Source of the DNA: Bilabrum cf. latius
Taxonomy: Eukaryota
Direction of reading: 5' to 3'
NCBI GenBank assembly: GCA_965178125.1
Contig: OZ237747.1
Span: 620,001 to 684,000 of the forward strand
Length of the DNA stretch: 64,000 nucleotides
Below the pieces are notes generated by a model. The model did not search any database. It had not been told where the DNA came from and worked only from the letters and a program-made list of their open reading frames with translations. A program made the position numbers and the translations under genes. Shown here in pieces: positions 47,938 through 59,790 of the stretch. Every line of letters starts with the position of its first letter. The stretch's first letter is position 1.

Positions 47938-50900
47938 GCACCTATGGAGTTATCGATGCCGGTAGATGCTCTCCGTCGATAGCCTCGGTGTGGCCGCTGA
48001 TGCGCTGTCTTGCTATCGTCACCAGAGTGCGAGATCTCTGTGGGTCACCACGTCTCTTCGAGGTCAACGGCCGCTGGTGTCCAGGTTCGGCTCGCTGTTT
48101 GAGGCCTGCCAGTGGCAGCTGCGCTTGCACTGCATTTCAGCTTGCACGGTATTTCAGGCCCCCAATCAGCCTGGTGGGGGCGTGGAACAGCCCGTCAGGC
48201 ACCTCGGTATCTTCTCGCCCCGGTGCACTCACTGTCAGCTCGATGCCGTCAGATCGCGCCTCCACCGTGAGGACTCATTCATGAGCCATGGCGCCCAGCA
48301 CAATCAGCGGCACATCGACCAGCTCATGTCCACCAGCGCGCCGCAGCCCTCTCACGCAGCCCTGCAGCAGGGGTCCCTGGGCGCGAGTCCCGGCTCGCAG
48401 GGGCACTCTGAGGTGGCTTGGCGGGCGGCCCGGCGCTGGAGGAGGGGCAGGCTAGCGGCGCTGGCTCATGTGGCACACCGGAACGATTCGTCTGGGATCG
48501 TGGATGAAGAAGACGACGAGGGCGAGGACGAGGAGGCGCTGGAGGGCGGCAGGGCAGGTGGGGCGGGCCTCGGCTCGGTCGGCAAGTCCGATCATGGGAG
48601 AGAGAACAGCCGAGAGCTGTCTGGGGAAGCGGCCGCTACAAACGGACGGGATTCAGCTGCGCCAGTCACTCGGTTGGCGGACGACCTGGTGGATGCTGAG
48701 TCAGGGCACGGAGGCCTGTCACGCGGCAGGGCTGGCACTGCAGATGCAGGCGCGCCCAGGCGGATTGCTCGTCGCAGGGAGGGCGCCGCAGGGGCCAGAG
48801 CAGATGGGAGCGATGCCGGTGGAGGAGGGGCGGGGAGTGGGTATGGCAGCAGCGGCACAGGCCCCGGGCCCGGTGGGAGCGGCGCGCTGCGAGCACCACG
48901 GAGGCGAAGGAGCAGGCACGCGAGCCAGCCGGGGGGCTACCTGAGCAGCAGTGGGGAGGAGCTCAGCGACACTGGCGAGGAAGTGGGGGATGCAGTGAAC
49001 ATGGGGCTGGGGGGCTGGAGGGGGGGAGACGGGTACGTGTCGGCAAGCGGCGGGAGCAGCGCGGGCGAAGGGGATGCAGGCACGGGTGCGCATGGTCGGA
49101 TACCTGGGATCGGATCCGATACTGAGTGATGGGGCTTCGGGGAATGGTGGACTGGATCTATGTTTCTTCTGGATCGCGTGGCTAGTGTCCGTGAAACTCG
49201 AGTGATTCAGCTTCGGAGCGCATTGCTTGGCAATCAGCGATCGAGCAGAGGGATGTTGCTGGGGAGGAAGAGGGCAGTATGATATGGCCAGGTGGCTTCC
49301 GCTGCATGCCACTGGCATGATGGGAGGGCACCTGGAGTGCAAATGCCGCCATGCTGAGGGGCCAAGGACCAGGGGGTGGATCGAGTCACAGACTGAGCAT
49401 CTGACATAGAAAATCAACGGGTGTAATCTCTTTAGCAACCTCCCCCCCTTTCCCACTGGATCGCCGCGAAACACACGCTCCGATCGGCAACTGGCATAGT
49501 GAGGCATCTTGATGTGGATCCAAATTTCGGGATAGTCTAGCAAGACAGTGGAGAGTGCGATACAGTCTCGAAGTTTCTCTTCACACACCACCATAGAGAT
49601 ACATGGACGCCATCACCGATGCAGTGAAATGTGGGGATCACCGCAAGGTATGGGAACTCCTCGACTAGCAACCGAGCCTTGCTTCTCAAAGCTAGGTTGA
49701 CGGAAATACTTTGCTCCATGTTGCGGGTAAGAGTACTCGCACAACCCCGATGCGTTAGAAGCCTTGTGAACTGCTTGCAAGCTTTCCTTTCTGTTGGGCT
49801 CAGCAAACCATATGCAGCTGTAAGCGGGAATGCTTCGATGGTAGAGTGTTTGTTGAAGGCTGGCGTGGATATCAACAAGAGGAACAGGAATCAAGAGACT
49901 CCTGTGTACTGCTTTGCGAGGAATGGTCATGCTGACTGCTTAGATCAGGTGGTTGGCGCTGGTGCTGACGTGAATGCAGCAAAAGCAGGTGGATCCGTGC
50001 CGCTGCATATTGCAGTCAAGAACGGGCATGTGGACTGCGCGCGTGTGTTGGTGGAGGCCGGGGCGACAGTGGATGCAATGACTGCGAAGGGAGCATCGCC
50101 TCTGTACATCGCCTGTCAGGAAGGTCAGTTGGAGTGCGCGCGTGTGTTGATCGGGGCTGGCTGCAATGTGAACGCTGCCATCGAGGGCGGGTATGTGCCG
50201 CTGCATATTGCAGTCAAGAACGGGCATGTGGACTGCGTGCGTGTGCTGGCGGAGGCCGGGGCGACAGTGGATGCGAAGACTATGAAGGGAGCATCGCCAC
50301 TGTATCTGGCCTGCCAGCACGGTCAGTTGGAGTGCGCGCGTGTGTTGATCGGGGCTGGCGGCAATGTGAATGCTGCCATGGAGGGCGGGTATGTGCCTCT
50401 ATATGCAGCAGGCCAGAAAGGGCATGTGGACTGCGTGCGTGTGCTTGTGGAGGCCGGCGCGACAGTGGATGCGAGGAGTATGAGGGGAGCATCGCCTTTG
50501 TACATCGCATGTCAGCACGGTCAGATGGAGTGCGCGCGTGTGTTGATCGGGGCTGGCTGCAATGTGAACGCTGCCATGAAGGGCGGGTATGTGCCGCTGC
50601 ATATTGCAGTCAAGAACGGGCATGTGGACTGCGTGCGTGTGTTGGTGGAGGCCGGGGCGACAGTAGATGCAATGACTTCGAAGGGAGCATCGCCACTGTA
50701 CAAGTCCTGTGAGCACGGTCAGATGGCATGCGTGCGTGTGTTGATCGGGGCTGGCTGTAATGTGAACGCTGCCATGAAGGGCGGGTATGTGCCGCTGCAT
50801 ATTGCAGTCAAGAACGGGCATGTGGACTGCGTGCGTGTGTTGGTGGAGGCCGGAGCGACAGTGGATGCGAGGACTGCGAAGGGAGCATCGCCTCTGTATC

Positions 50901-51758
50901 TGGCATGTCAGCACGGTCAGATGGCATGCGCGCGAGTGTTGATAGGGGCTGGCTGCAATGTGAACGCTGCCATGGAGGATGGGTATGTGCCGCTGCATGC
51001 AGCAGGCCAGAAAGGGCATGCGGACTGCGTGCGTGTGCTTGTGTAGGCCGGCGCGACAGTGGATGCGAGGATTGCGGACGGAGCATCGCCTCTGTATCTG
51101 GCATGTCAGCACGGTCAGATGGCATGCGCGCGAGTGTTGGTAGAGGCGGGGTCGAATGTCAACGCCCAAGGCCAAGGCGGCAACACACCGCTTCATGCTG
51201 CCGTTGAGTGTGGACGACTCGAATGCGCTAGAGTGCTGCTTCATGCAGGCGCAAGTAAAGAGATCAAGAACGACGCAGGTAAAGTGCCTGCACGGCTGCT
51301 GCCAACACGCCGATTAATTATTGTTGAACAGGTCAGTGCCACAGTCCGCCTGGTAGAGCGCTTCAGCCTCAGAGCGCATTAGCTGGCGGCATGGAGGCAG
51401 GCAGCCATCGCGCAGAGAGATGCTGCTCTCGTGTTTAATGCTGCAGCCACTGGCAGGCCACTAGAGCTGGGCAAGCGGCTGGGGCTGGGCAAGCTGGCGG
51501 GCGGGCTGGAGAGGAAGGGGCCAGTCTCTGGTGGCAAGCTGGTGTCTCCGCTGCATGCAGCCATGCTGGGTCAACACAGGGAGTGTGTGAAGGTGCTGCA
51601 GGAGTATGGGGCTTTGCTGGGGGACGAGGAGCAGGCCTGGATCGAGCGGCTTGTTGCGGCATAGACGTAGGTGAAATCGTATCAGGATCGAGTGCGGGAG
51701 CTGGAGGCTCGGCTGGCGGCGTTGGGGCATGCACCTGGCTGATGCAAGACTACCAGAT
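47938..51758 (+). repeat. Inverted dispersed third copy of the ~4 kb ankyrin module
   Basis: Reverse complement of ~9860 down through the acyltransferase 3' fragment (48325-49129), spacer and ankyrin gene. The 3' flank matches 10001-10020. Confidence 0.9.
49603..51742 (+). CDS. Ankyrin-repeat protein with C-terminal coiled coil, copy C
   Basis: ATG 49603; TAG at 49666 and 49693 within a canonical first ankyrin repeat; intron 49727-49817; TAG at 51044, 51380, 51662 and 51668; ends LGHAPG-TGA. Confidence 0.88.
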
Positions 51759-51861
51759 GGTGTGGTGTGACTTCTTCGTGGCGCCGCACTCGTCATCCTG
51801 TGGCAAACCATTCCAATACAACGGCCGTCGCTATTACGATAGGTATAGCAGTTATCGTAGC

Positions 51862-53919
51862 ATGGGGAAAATACGAGGATCTTTATATGCTGCGACGAAG
51901 CCCGCTTCGAATCTGCTTCAGCTGGTTCATGGCATGCTTTTCGACTGGTAGTACTTCGGATGGACGATGGCAGCTTTGCTGGCATTTGAAGCGATTGTTT
52001 CAGCGGTTATCATTTTGAAGGTACCATGTAAGATAATTTGTATTATTCGTGATGGGTTCTCTGTTGCTTCGTACACTGCAGCGGGAACAGTTTTGGATTG
52101 TACGCTCTTTGAACCTGCGCAGATACCGAGATCGACTGGAAGGCCTACATGCAAGAAGTAGAAGGCGTATTTGTGCAAGTAAGTCGAACTAGTTGCAGAA
52201 TACTTTGAACGACCTACATCATGCTACATTATGTCTGCTCTGACCGCGATCCACAATTCACTGCAGGGCGACTTCGACTACTTGAACCTGCGAGGGGATA
52301 CCGGGCCGCTCGTGTATCCAGGTTTCTTTGTCTGGTTTTATGGATTGCTTTGGAAAATAACTGACAACGGGACCAACATAGCTCGGGCGCAGTGGATCTT
52401 CTGGGGGATTTACCTGGTGTTCCAGTTCGTGGTGCTGTCCGTGTACAAGAAGACGCGCCCGCACGCGCCATGGCTAGCCGTCATTCTGTGCCTCAGCAAG
52501 CGCATGCACTCTATATTTGTGCTTCGCCTCTTCAACGACCCAGTGGCCATGCTGTTCGCGCACGGCGCTGTATGGTGCTTCTCCAGCCACCGCTGGCTGG
52601 TTGGCTCGCTGCTGTACTCGCTAGGGGTCGGCATGAAAATGAACGTCCTGCTGTTCGCCCCGGCGCTGCTCCTCCTGTTCCTGCGTAACACGGGCATCTG
52701 GGGAACTTTCTTGAACCTCTCTGTGTGTGCGGGGGTGCAGATCATCGTAGGTGCGCCCTTTTTGGCGACCTACCCGGTGAGCTACCTCAAGAAAGCGTTC
52801 GAGCTCTCGAGGGTTTTTTTCTACAAGTGGACCGTAAACTTCAGGTTCCTGCCCGAAAACATCTTTGTTTCCAAGCAGCTGGCACTCCTACTGCTTGCGC
52901 TGCACCTGGGCGTGCTGGCGGTGGTGATTGCTTCGTGGACCTGGAGGCTCGTGAGGGCGAGCGAGCACCTAGCGGTGGCTGCAACCGACGATGATTCGGA
53001 ATCAAAGAAGAGGTCGTTATCCGGCGGGGGGCGATCCGCCTTATCTCTCGAGCTGGCCGTCGGCAAGGTGTCGCCGAGATTGCCATCGGGACCCACCTCT
53101 GCGCTCCTCCCCCAAGCAGGTGGCAGCTCGAGCTCGAGCTCGTGGTTCGGTTGGATGCTGGCGCCCTCTCCCGCGCTGAGCGCGCACTCATTCGACGCAT
53201 TGGCAGCTGCTTCTGACCGCGGTGGGGCTGCCCCATTGGCGGTCGCCCTGCGTGCATCAGAAGCTGACCTGAAGTCAATCGAGAAGGGCCTGTGCAAGGA
53301 CTCGCCGCTGTTCATCGCTGCATTGCTGTACGCCAGCAACCTCGTTGGCGTGGCCTTCGCGCGCACGCTGCACTACCAGTTCTACTCATGGTACGTGTCT
53401 AGCGTGCCCCTGCTGCTCGGTGCATCGGGCGCACCGGCATACGTAGTTGTGGTCGCCTCCGGTTTGCTCGAACTGGCTTTCCTGACGTTCCCCTCGACGA
53501 GCGAGAGCTCCATTGCCTTGCACCTGGGACACCTGCTCGTGCTGGGCGCAGTGCTGAGCGCCGATGCAGGTTCCTTTGCCCTGCCATGGTCATGGGGAGT
53601 GCCTAGACGATTGGCGGGCGACAGGGCAAGGGCTGGTCAAGATGAATCTGGCTCGAGCGGTGGAGGTGTGGGTGTGTGGCTCCTTGCTTGCATTGGGTGG
53701 ATCGACGGCGTGCTGCGAGGGTTGGGTGCGGGTACTGGTGCGGCATGGGAGGCCGGGGAGGGGCAGGAGGGGTGGTTGCTGCGGGTGTCGGGCAAGGAAC
53801 ATGGCGGTGAGGAAGGAGGTGCGCCTGAGGTAGAGGGAGCCAAAGCGGCCTCCAAGGGCCGGGGTCCAAGCCGGTCAGGTGGGAGGGGCAGACAGGGGAA
53901 GGCTGGCAGCAGGGGGTGA
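51862..53919 (+). CDS. ALG3: Dol-P-Man:Man5GlcNAc2-PP-Dol alpha-1,3-mannosyltransferase
   Basis: Introns 52028-52122 and 52179-52266 give KVPYTEIDWKAYMQEV...LRGDTGPLVYP; SKRMHSIFVLRLFND, KWTVNFRF and ARTLHYQFYSWY are present. One TAG (51949) in the N-terminus; ends TGA. Confidence 0.92.
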
Positions 53920-54058
53920 AAGATACGCATCCACACGGATGGTTGGTTTCGAGTTGCTGGACAATCGTTTCGTTTGTAAGCTCCAGTTTACACTCAAGAA
54001 TCACGTGCAACCCTATATTTAGGCAGGGTCAAGGCCTCGGTATTATATATCGGCAGGG

Positions 54059-55159
54059 TCAAGGCCTCATGGTAGCCGCCACCGCTAGTGCTGCAGATAC
54101 ACCCGCTGCCAATCCGAGCGTTCTGGCGAGGCTTGACTCGCGCTAACTCGCCCCGCTTCCGAACAGGACGAACGGGTGCGGCGACGCGGCGGCCTCCTCA
54201 GTTCCCTTGCTGCCCCCCTCCTGCTCCTCCTGCTCCTCTTCTCCTCCCGCTTCCTCTTGCTCCTCCTCCTCGGGGCCCCCTTCGGCATTGTGCCCGGTGG
54301 AGCCCACCTGGCTCTCCTGCTCGCTGCCCTACTCAGCGGCAATGGCACCCGCCGAAAGACTGGCCTATGCCTTGGACGTCCCCTTCCTATCGGCGGACTA
54401 CTCTTTGCTCGCTTCACTCCCGGGAGCGTCGCTGGCCTCCTCCTTGGTATCATCGTTCTTGGATTCGTCATTCTTCTTGCCGTCCTTTGACGCCTAATCT
54501 TCCGCATCTAACGCCTGACTACCACCGATGGCTGTGCCTGCAGCCTTCATCGTCTCGTAGCTGTCCATGACTTTGCCTCCGACAACTGCAGCAGCCGAAC
54601 TGGATGCCTGGTCGCTCTCAGCAGCTTGAGGGTCAACAACCCCCGCGGGTTTGGACGCAGCATCCTGCTATGCTTGTGCACGAACCCGTTTCGCTTCAGA
54701 CTCTTCTACTACAAGCGTTCCACTGCCGTCGCCGTCGCCATTCGCGCTCGGTCGAAGCTAGCCGTGCACAACTGCCGCTTTGCCATCGCCATGAGCCCCA
54801 GTCACGATGACGTCCACATCCTGAGGTTTTTTGCTAGGTGATACGTCCGATTGGCCCGAGCCTGCAATCGCATCTGCAAGTGTGGCGTGGGTGTCGGCCT
54901 TCTTGCTCTCTGAAGTACCAGTAGAACTGTCCAGCGCTGCCTCGGCCTTGTCGAGGCGGTCCGATAGGGATTTTACCAAATTATACTTCGCATCTGAAAG
55001 AACTCCTGCTACCTCGGGCTTCTTGGAGCCATCCAGTGCAGTTCCCGCTTCTATGGATGGCCTTAGGGCGGCAGACCCCGATTTGTGCGAGACTCTCGCA
55101 TGAAGTGCGGCGTCACCCAGGCCCAAAATAGAAGCCATGACAAGTATATTGAATAGCAT
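54059..55159 (-). CDS. Secreted acidic low-complexity protein with hydrophobic C-terminus (possible GPI anchor), ~366 aa
   Basis: Signal peptide MLFNILVMASILGLGDA; frame continues through 7 TAG to ...RTLGLAAGVSAALAVAATMRP-TGA. Confidence 0.65.
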
Positions 55160-55321
55160 ATCAGAAACTCCGAAAGAGTGTAGATCGATTGATGGATGGG
55201 CGCTCTACACGGTCAGAGTTGTATTAAACCTCTGGCTCTATGGTATTAGCACTGCACAATTGATTTAATCGGATTCCGTTCGCCCGGAGTTGATATTTCG
55301 AAACCGATCCTCGGCGACCGA

Positions 55322-58300
55322 ATGAGCAGCTCAACACTTCGTAGCAGAATGAACAACTTGCAGGACTCCAAGCTGCAAGTAGCGGCACCCAGCAGCCAAT
55401 CAATCGAGCACGAAGAGTTCGGTCCGAACCGGCACGCCCCAGAGCAGTACAGGGTCTCCCTATGCGACACCCGAGTTGCCGTCTCGAGCCGGGTGGCCCA
55501 GGCAGCAGTGGCATACCCATGCGTGAGAGTAGGATTCCGTGGGCGCAAACTGAACAAAATAGACTGTTCATGCATGCCTCGCGCATGGCACGCTTCGCCA
55601 AGCCGCTTGGAATGGCTTGCAGCACCCCTTCTGCTCCCATCGCCGCTGCGGGTTTGCCTGCGGCTATGCTGCCGTGCTGCCCATGCAGGCCCTGCGCACG
55701 CCCCACTGCACGCTCCCGCGTCTACTCGCCCCGTCCCCTTTAAGTTGCAGTGCATAGTATTATCCGTGCTGGGATTCTTCATCTTCTGCATGGTGGTCCT
55801 GGTGGCCACAGGACAGGCAGCGTTCTCCCAGGTCTCCGACTACGACCTCATGCTGAGAGACAAAGGTGAGCAGCATTCTGAAAATCGAGTTGGGAAGCGC
55901 GTTCATTGTACTGTTTATGCTCACATGCCGCTGCATGTACTCGTGACTGTCGCTTGATCTGCTTGGATCTGACATGCGATGCGCGTGCACACGGCCAGCA
56001 CTCACTGGCACCGTTTGGGCTCGGCAACCAGTGCCGAGACCTCTTTTCCGCACCTACTGCCCGTTCGCCCGTTCTTTACAAGGAAACCAACACCGCAGCT
56101 GATGTGCAACAGATGCAGGCGGTTGACCGAGCGATCGCCCAGCTTACTGGCGGCGACGGAGGAGCAGTGCTGGAACAGCCCCAGCAAACTGCGGACCCCG
56201 TCTCACTGGACGTGCTGCTGCTTGCCAAGGGCAGCGGCAGCGACGTGCTGCTCGATGGTAACAAGCGCAGGGAAATTGCAGCGGCGATTGCATCTTTGAT
56301 CCTGGATGCAGACTTTCCCAGAACCTGCCACGTTCTCAACTCCACCACTGGAGTATGCTCCGCGCCTCTGTCCCCCTTCATGCTCGACTACGACGCAAGG
56401 ACCCTACCAGATGATATCGTAGCCTTAGACTAGGATCCGCAAGTCGCGTGGGCCGGCGGAACTTCCCCTGTGCCAAGGGTACGTCTGGCATCCAGCCCGG
56501 TGCCAGGGAGCAGCCTGCTCGGCCCCGACACGAACGCAAGCACAGCAAGGCAGATCCTGTTCCGGTACGCCAACCCCGAGGAGGCTGCCTCCAGGGGCAT
56601 GATCCTCGAGGCAGAGGTGCCGCTCTACTCGTCCCTCCGCACTCTCTTCTTCGACCGTGATTTTGGCCGGGTGCTGGAGGAGGGCGAGGGCGAGCTAGAG
56701 GAGCAGCGGGCCAGGGGAGAGGACTACGGCGTGTCGCTGAAATCGCGCTTTCTGCGGCTGAGGATGGCGCAGGGTATGCCGCTCGAAGGGTTTGCGAACG
56801 AGGAGGACCGCCCCAGGGAGCAGCAGCTCGAATGGGGCGAGCTGATGGGGGAGACGGCAGACGAGACAAACATGGATCGCTTCAAGCAGGACCCAGCTCC
56901 AGAGGGAGTCGAGCTGGTCCTCTTCAGCGGAGCGATCATGGAGCGCGAGTTTGAGCGCCGCGCCATCGAGGACATGTATTGGGCGGGCGCCTCCATGCTC
57001 TTCGTGTTCCTGTACACGTGGTTCCATACGGGGTCCATCGTGCTGGCAGCTGCCGGTCTCTTCATCATCTTCAGCGCAATGCCCATCGGGATCTTTATCT
57101 ACAGGCTGGTGTTCCAGATCCCGTACGTCTAGACGCTTCACGGCATGAGCATCTTCATCCTGCTGGGCCTCTCGGCAGATGCGGTCTTCCTGGTGCAGGA
57201 CTCGTACCAGCAGGCCCCTGATGTCACTCCCGCAAAGATCTACCAGATTCTCTTCCGCATGGACCAGGAGGCGTGGGCAACCGGTGGTGCATCACCCGAG
57301 CAAGCCCACGGCAGCAACAGAGCTAGTATCCCGTCGAGGCAGGGCAGCCAAGGCGCCAAACGAGCAGACGATGACAGCTTTACCGAACGGGACGAGATAG
57401 CAGACGCCCGTCAATCGCGCGCAGAAGAAGAGGCCCTCGTTGCTCGCATTGCATACACGTGGAGCCGGGCCTCTACCAGCCTTACCGTCACCACGCTGAC
57501 CACCATCGTGGCCTTCCTCGCCACGGCCGGCTCGAGGATCATGCCGGTGTCAACCTTCGGGATCTTCGCTGCCACGATCGTGTTCGCCAACTACTGCCTG
57601 GCGCTGTCTCTATACCCCGCTGCCATCGTGCTATGGGAGCAAAACATGCGCCCGTGCGAGGCAGCCTGCGCTCGCGTGCTGTGCGGTTGCTGCTGCGCTG
57701 GCGCAAGCTCACAAGAGGCAGCAGAGCTGCAAACGTCGGGCTCCGTCGACAGCATCCCCAGCGCTAATGCTAGCAGCACAGTGGTCTCCCAGTCGCCCAT
57801 GCAGTCTTCCAGCGGTATCACGACTGCAAGCAGCAGGGAACAGCAGAAGGAGAGACAGGGCCAGGAGCCCCAATCGCTGCCGATGCCGGGCTAGCAGGCA
57901 GGGCTGTTTCTTCTGAGCACGAGTGAGAAAGATGGGCATGCGGAGCCCAAAGTAGAGCGGCCCATCGAAATCTTCTTCCGGGACTACTGGAGCGAGTGGA
58001 TCTATGTGGCTCGGTTCCCCATCCTCGCCGCGTTTGCCGTGCTGCTGGGCGTGTTTGCCTATTTGGCCACGCAGCTGGAACCGCTGACCCAGCAGGAGCA
58101 GTGGTTCCCCGAGAGCTTTTATGCCGGTGCAGCGCTGGCTTGGCTCGACGATGAGTTCCAAGTCACCGAGCGAGACAGCACGGTGGAAGCTGACATCACC
58201 TGGGGAGTCGCTGGCATCAACCGAGACGGGACCAGCAGGTACAAGCCCGCCAACCCAGGGCGCGCCGAGTGGGACGAGTCATTCGACATGTCTTCCCCAG

Positions 58301-59623
58301 CGGCACAGCAGGCCATTTTGGACACGTGCTTCCTCGCCCCCGCTGCTCTGGGCCGCGTGCCCAAGAACGAGGAGCTGCCATTATACAAGGCCAACGTGTC
58401 GTGCTTCATGCAGGACTACGCCGACTGGCTCAGGGACGAGCAGGGGATCAGCTTCCCATTCGTGGCATCGGACACGAGTGGTGCAGCAACTGCAGAGCAA
58501 TAGCGCGATCAGTTCATGAGTTCACTGCAGACATTCACCACGTCGTCGACTCGGGGCAAACAGCTTCGAGCTACGCATCGCATCGGCTTCAACGCGGATG
58601 GGCAGCTGCGCATGGCCCAGGTTGCAATTAGCCTCAACCTGTTACACTTTGAGCCGTACGACATCAACAAGCCCATTCGAGACAGGATGCAGGCATTTGT
58701 TGACGCGCGGAATGCCGTGTCACCACCTGGTGTTGATGGGGCAATCCAAACGGCTGGAGTGGCGTGGGGCTGGATGCATACCGAGCGGGAGCTGCTGCGC
58801 ACCGCCCTCCAAGGCATTGGCATATCGCTAGCCGTAGCCACGTTGGTGCTGGTCTTTTCCACAACCAACGTGATCGTCGGGGGACTGGCGGCACTGTCCA
58901 TGGGTGGGATCCTGGTGGTGGTGCTGGGCACATTCAGCGCCCTCGGTTGGCAGATGGGGCTTACCGAGAGCATCGGGTCCATCATCCTGCTGGGCTTCAG
59001 CGTGGACTACACGGTGCACAGCGCGGTGCACTTCGTCACCTCGAACAAGCCCAAGGCTCACCTCCGCGTCAAGGACTCACTGAGGGACATGGGCGTGTCT
59101 ATCGTGGCTGGCGCAATCACCACGGGTGGCGCAGGCCTGTTCTTGTGGGGTGGAATCATCATCTTCTTCACCAAAGTGAGTCGCCTGTGTGTTTTTGCAT
59201 GTCTGGGAACCGCTTGATCCACCGAGAGCCTCTCGTTCACGTCGAGCGGTAGCAGCTACCCTCACGTGTTGATTGATGCTGTTGCGCACGTCTTGACCCG
59301 CCCTTCCTTGCATTTCCCGCTCCTCGCAGTTTGCCACCACTCTCACGGTCGCAATAGCCGTGTCTTTGCTGTTCTCGCTTGCCTTCCTACCGGCTGCACT
59401 CTGCGTCCTGGGTCCGGACGGTGACACTGGCAGTATATTGCCGGCGATGCAGGCACTCGGGCTGGGATTCTTGTGTGGGCTGCACAGCGAAATTGACAGC
59501 GACAAGGGTCGACGTGGCCGTAGAAGCGGAGCAGTCGCTGTGGTCGGAGCCGAAGCACAGAATGACGCGCCCGTGCAGGGACAGTCGCCCCGCACGAGTA
59601 CTACTGCTGCAGCGGCTGTGTGA
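55322..59623 (+). CDS. Dispatched/Patched (RND, sterol-sensing domain) family membrane protein
   Basis: 'IFILLGLSADAVFL', 'TTLTTIVAFLA...IMPVSTFGIF' and 'GFSVDYTVH...GAITT'. TAG at 56431, 57130, 57892 and 58501; intron 59176-59329; ends TGA. The 5' exon structure (~55500-56080) is unresolved. Confidence 0.85.
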
Positions 59624-59790
59624 CGGGTACCTGCAGGACAGGGTACGCGGCTTGACCAGGGCTAGTGGACGATGCGTTGAACCCGGCAATTCAAACGTTC
59701 GTGTGACAAATAAAAAGCAATGTCCGTCTCGTGTGTCTCACATGCAATATCGAGTCGTACAGGGTACATGCAGCGCGGTGTACCTCACAA

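Noticed and set aside
47966-49129. ORFs 8666-9967(-) and 47966-49129(+) as independent genes
   Set aside because: They are the duplicated acyltransferase tail plus flanking DNA that happens to stay open. A chimeric new gene cannot be excluded but has no support.
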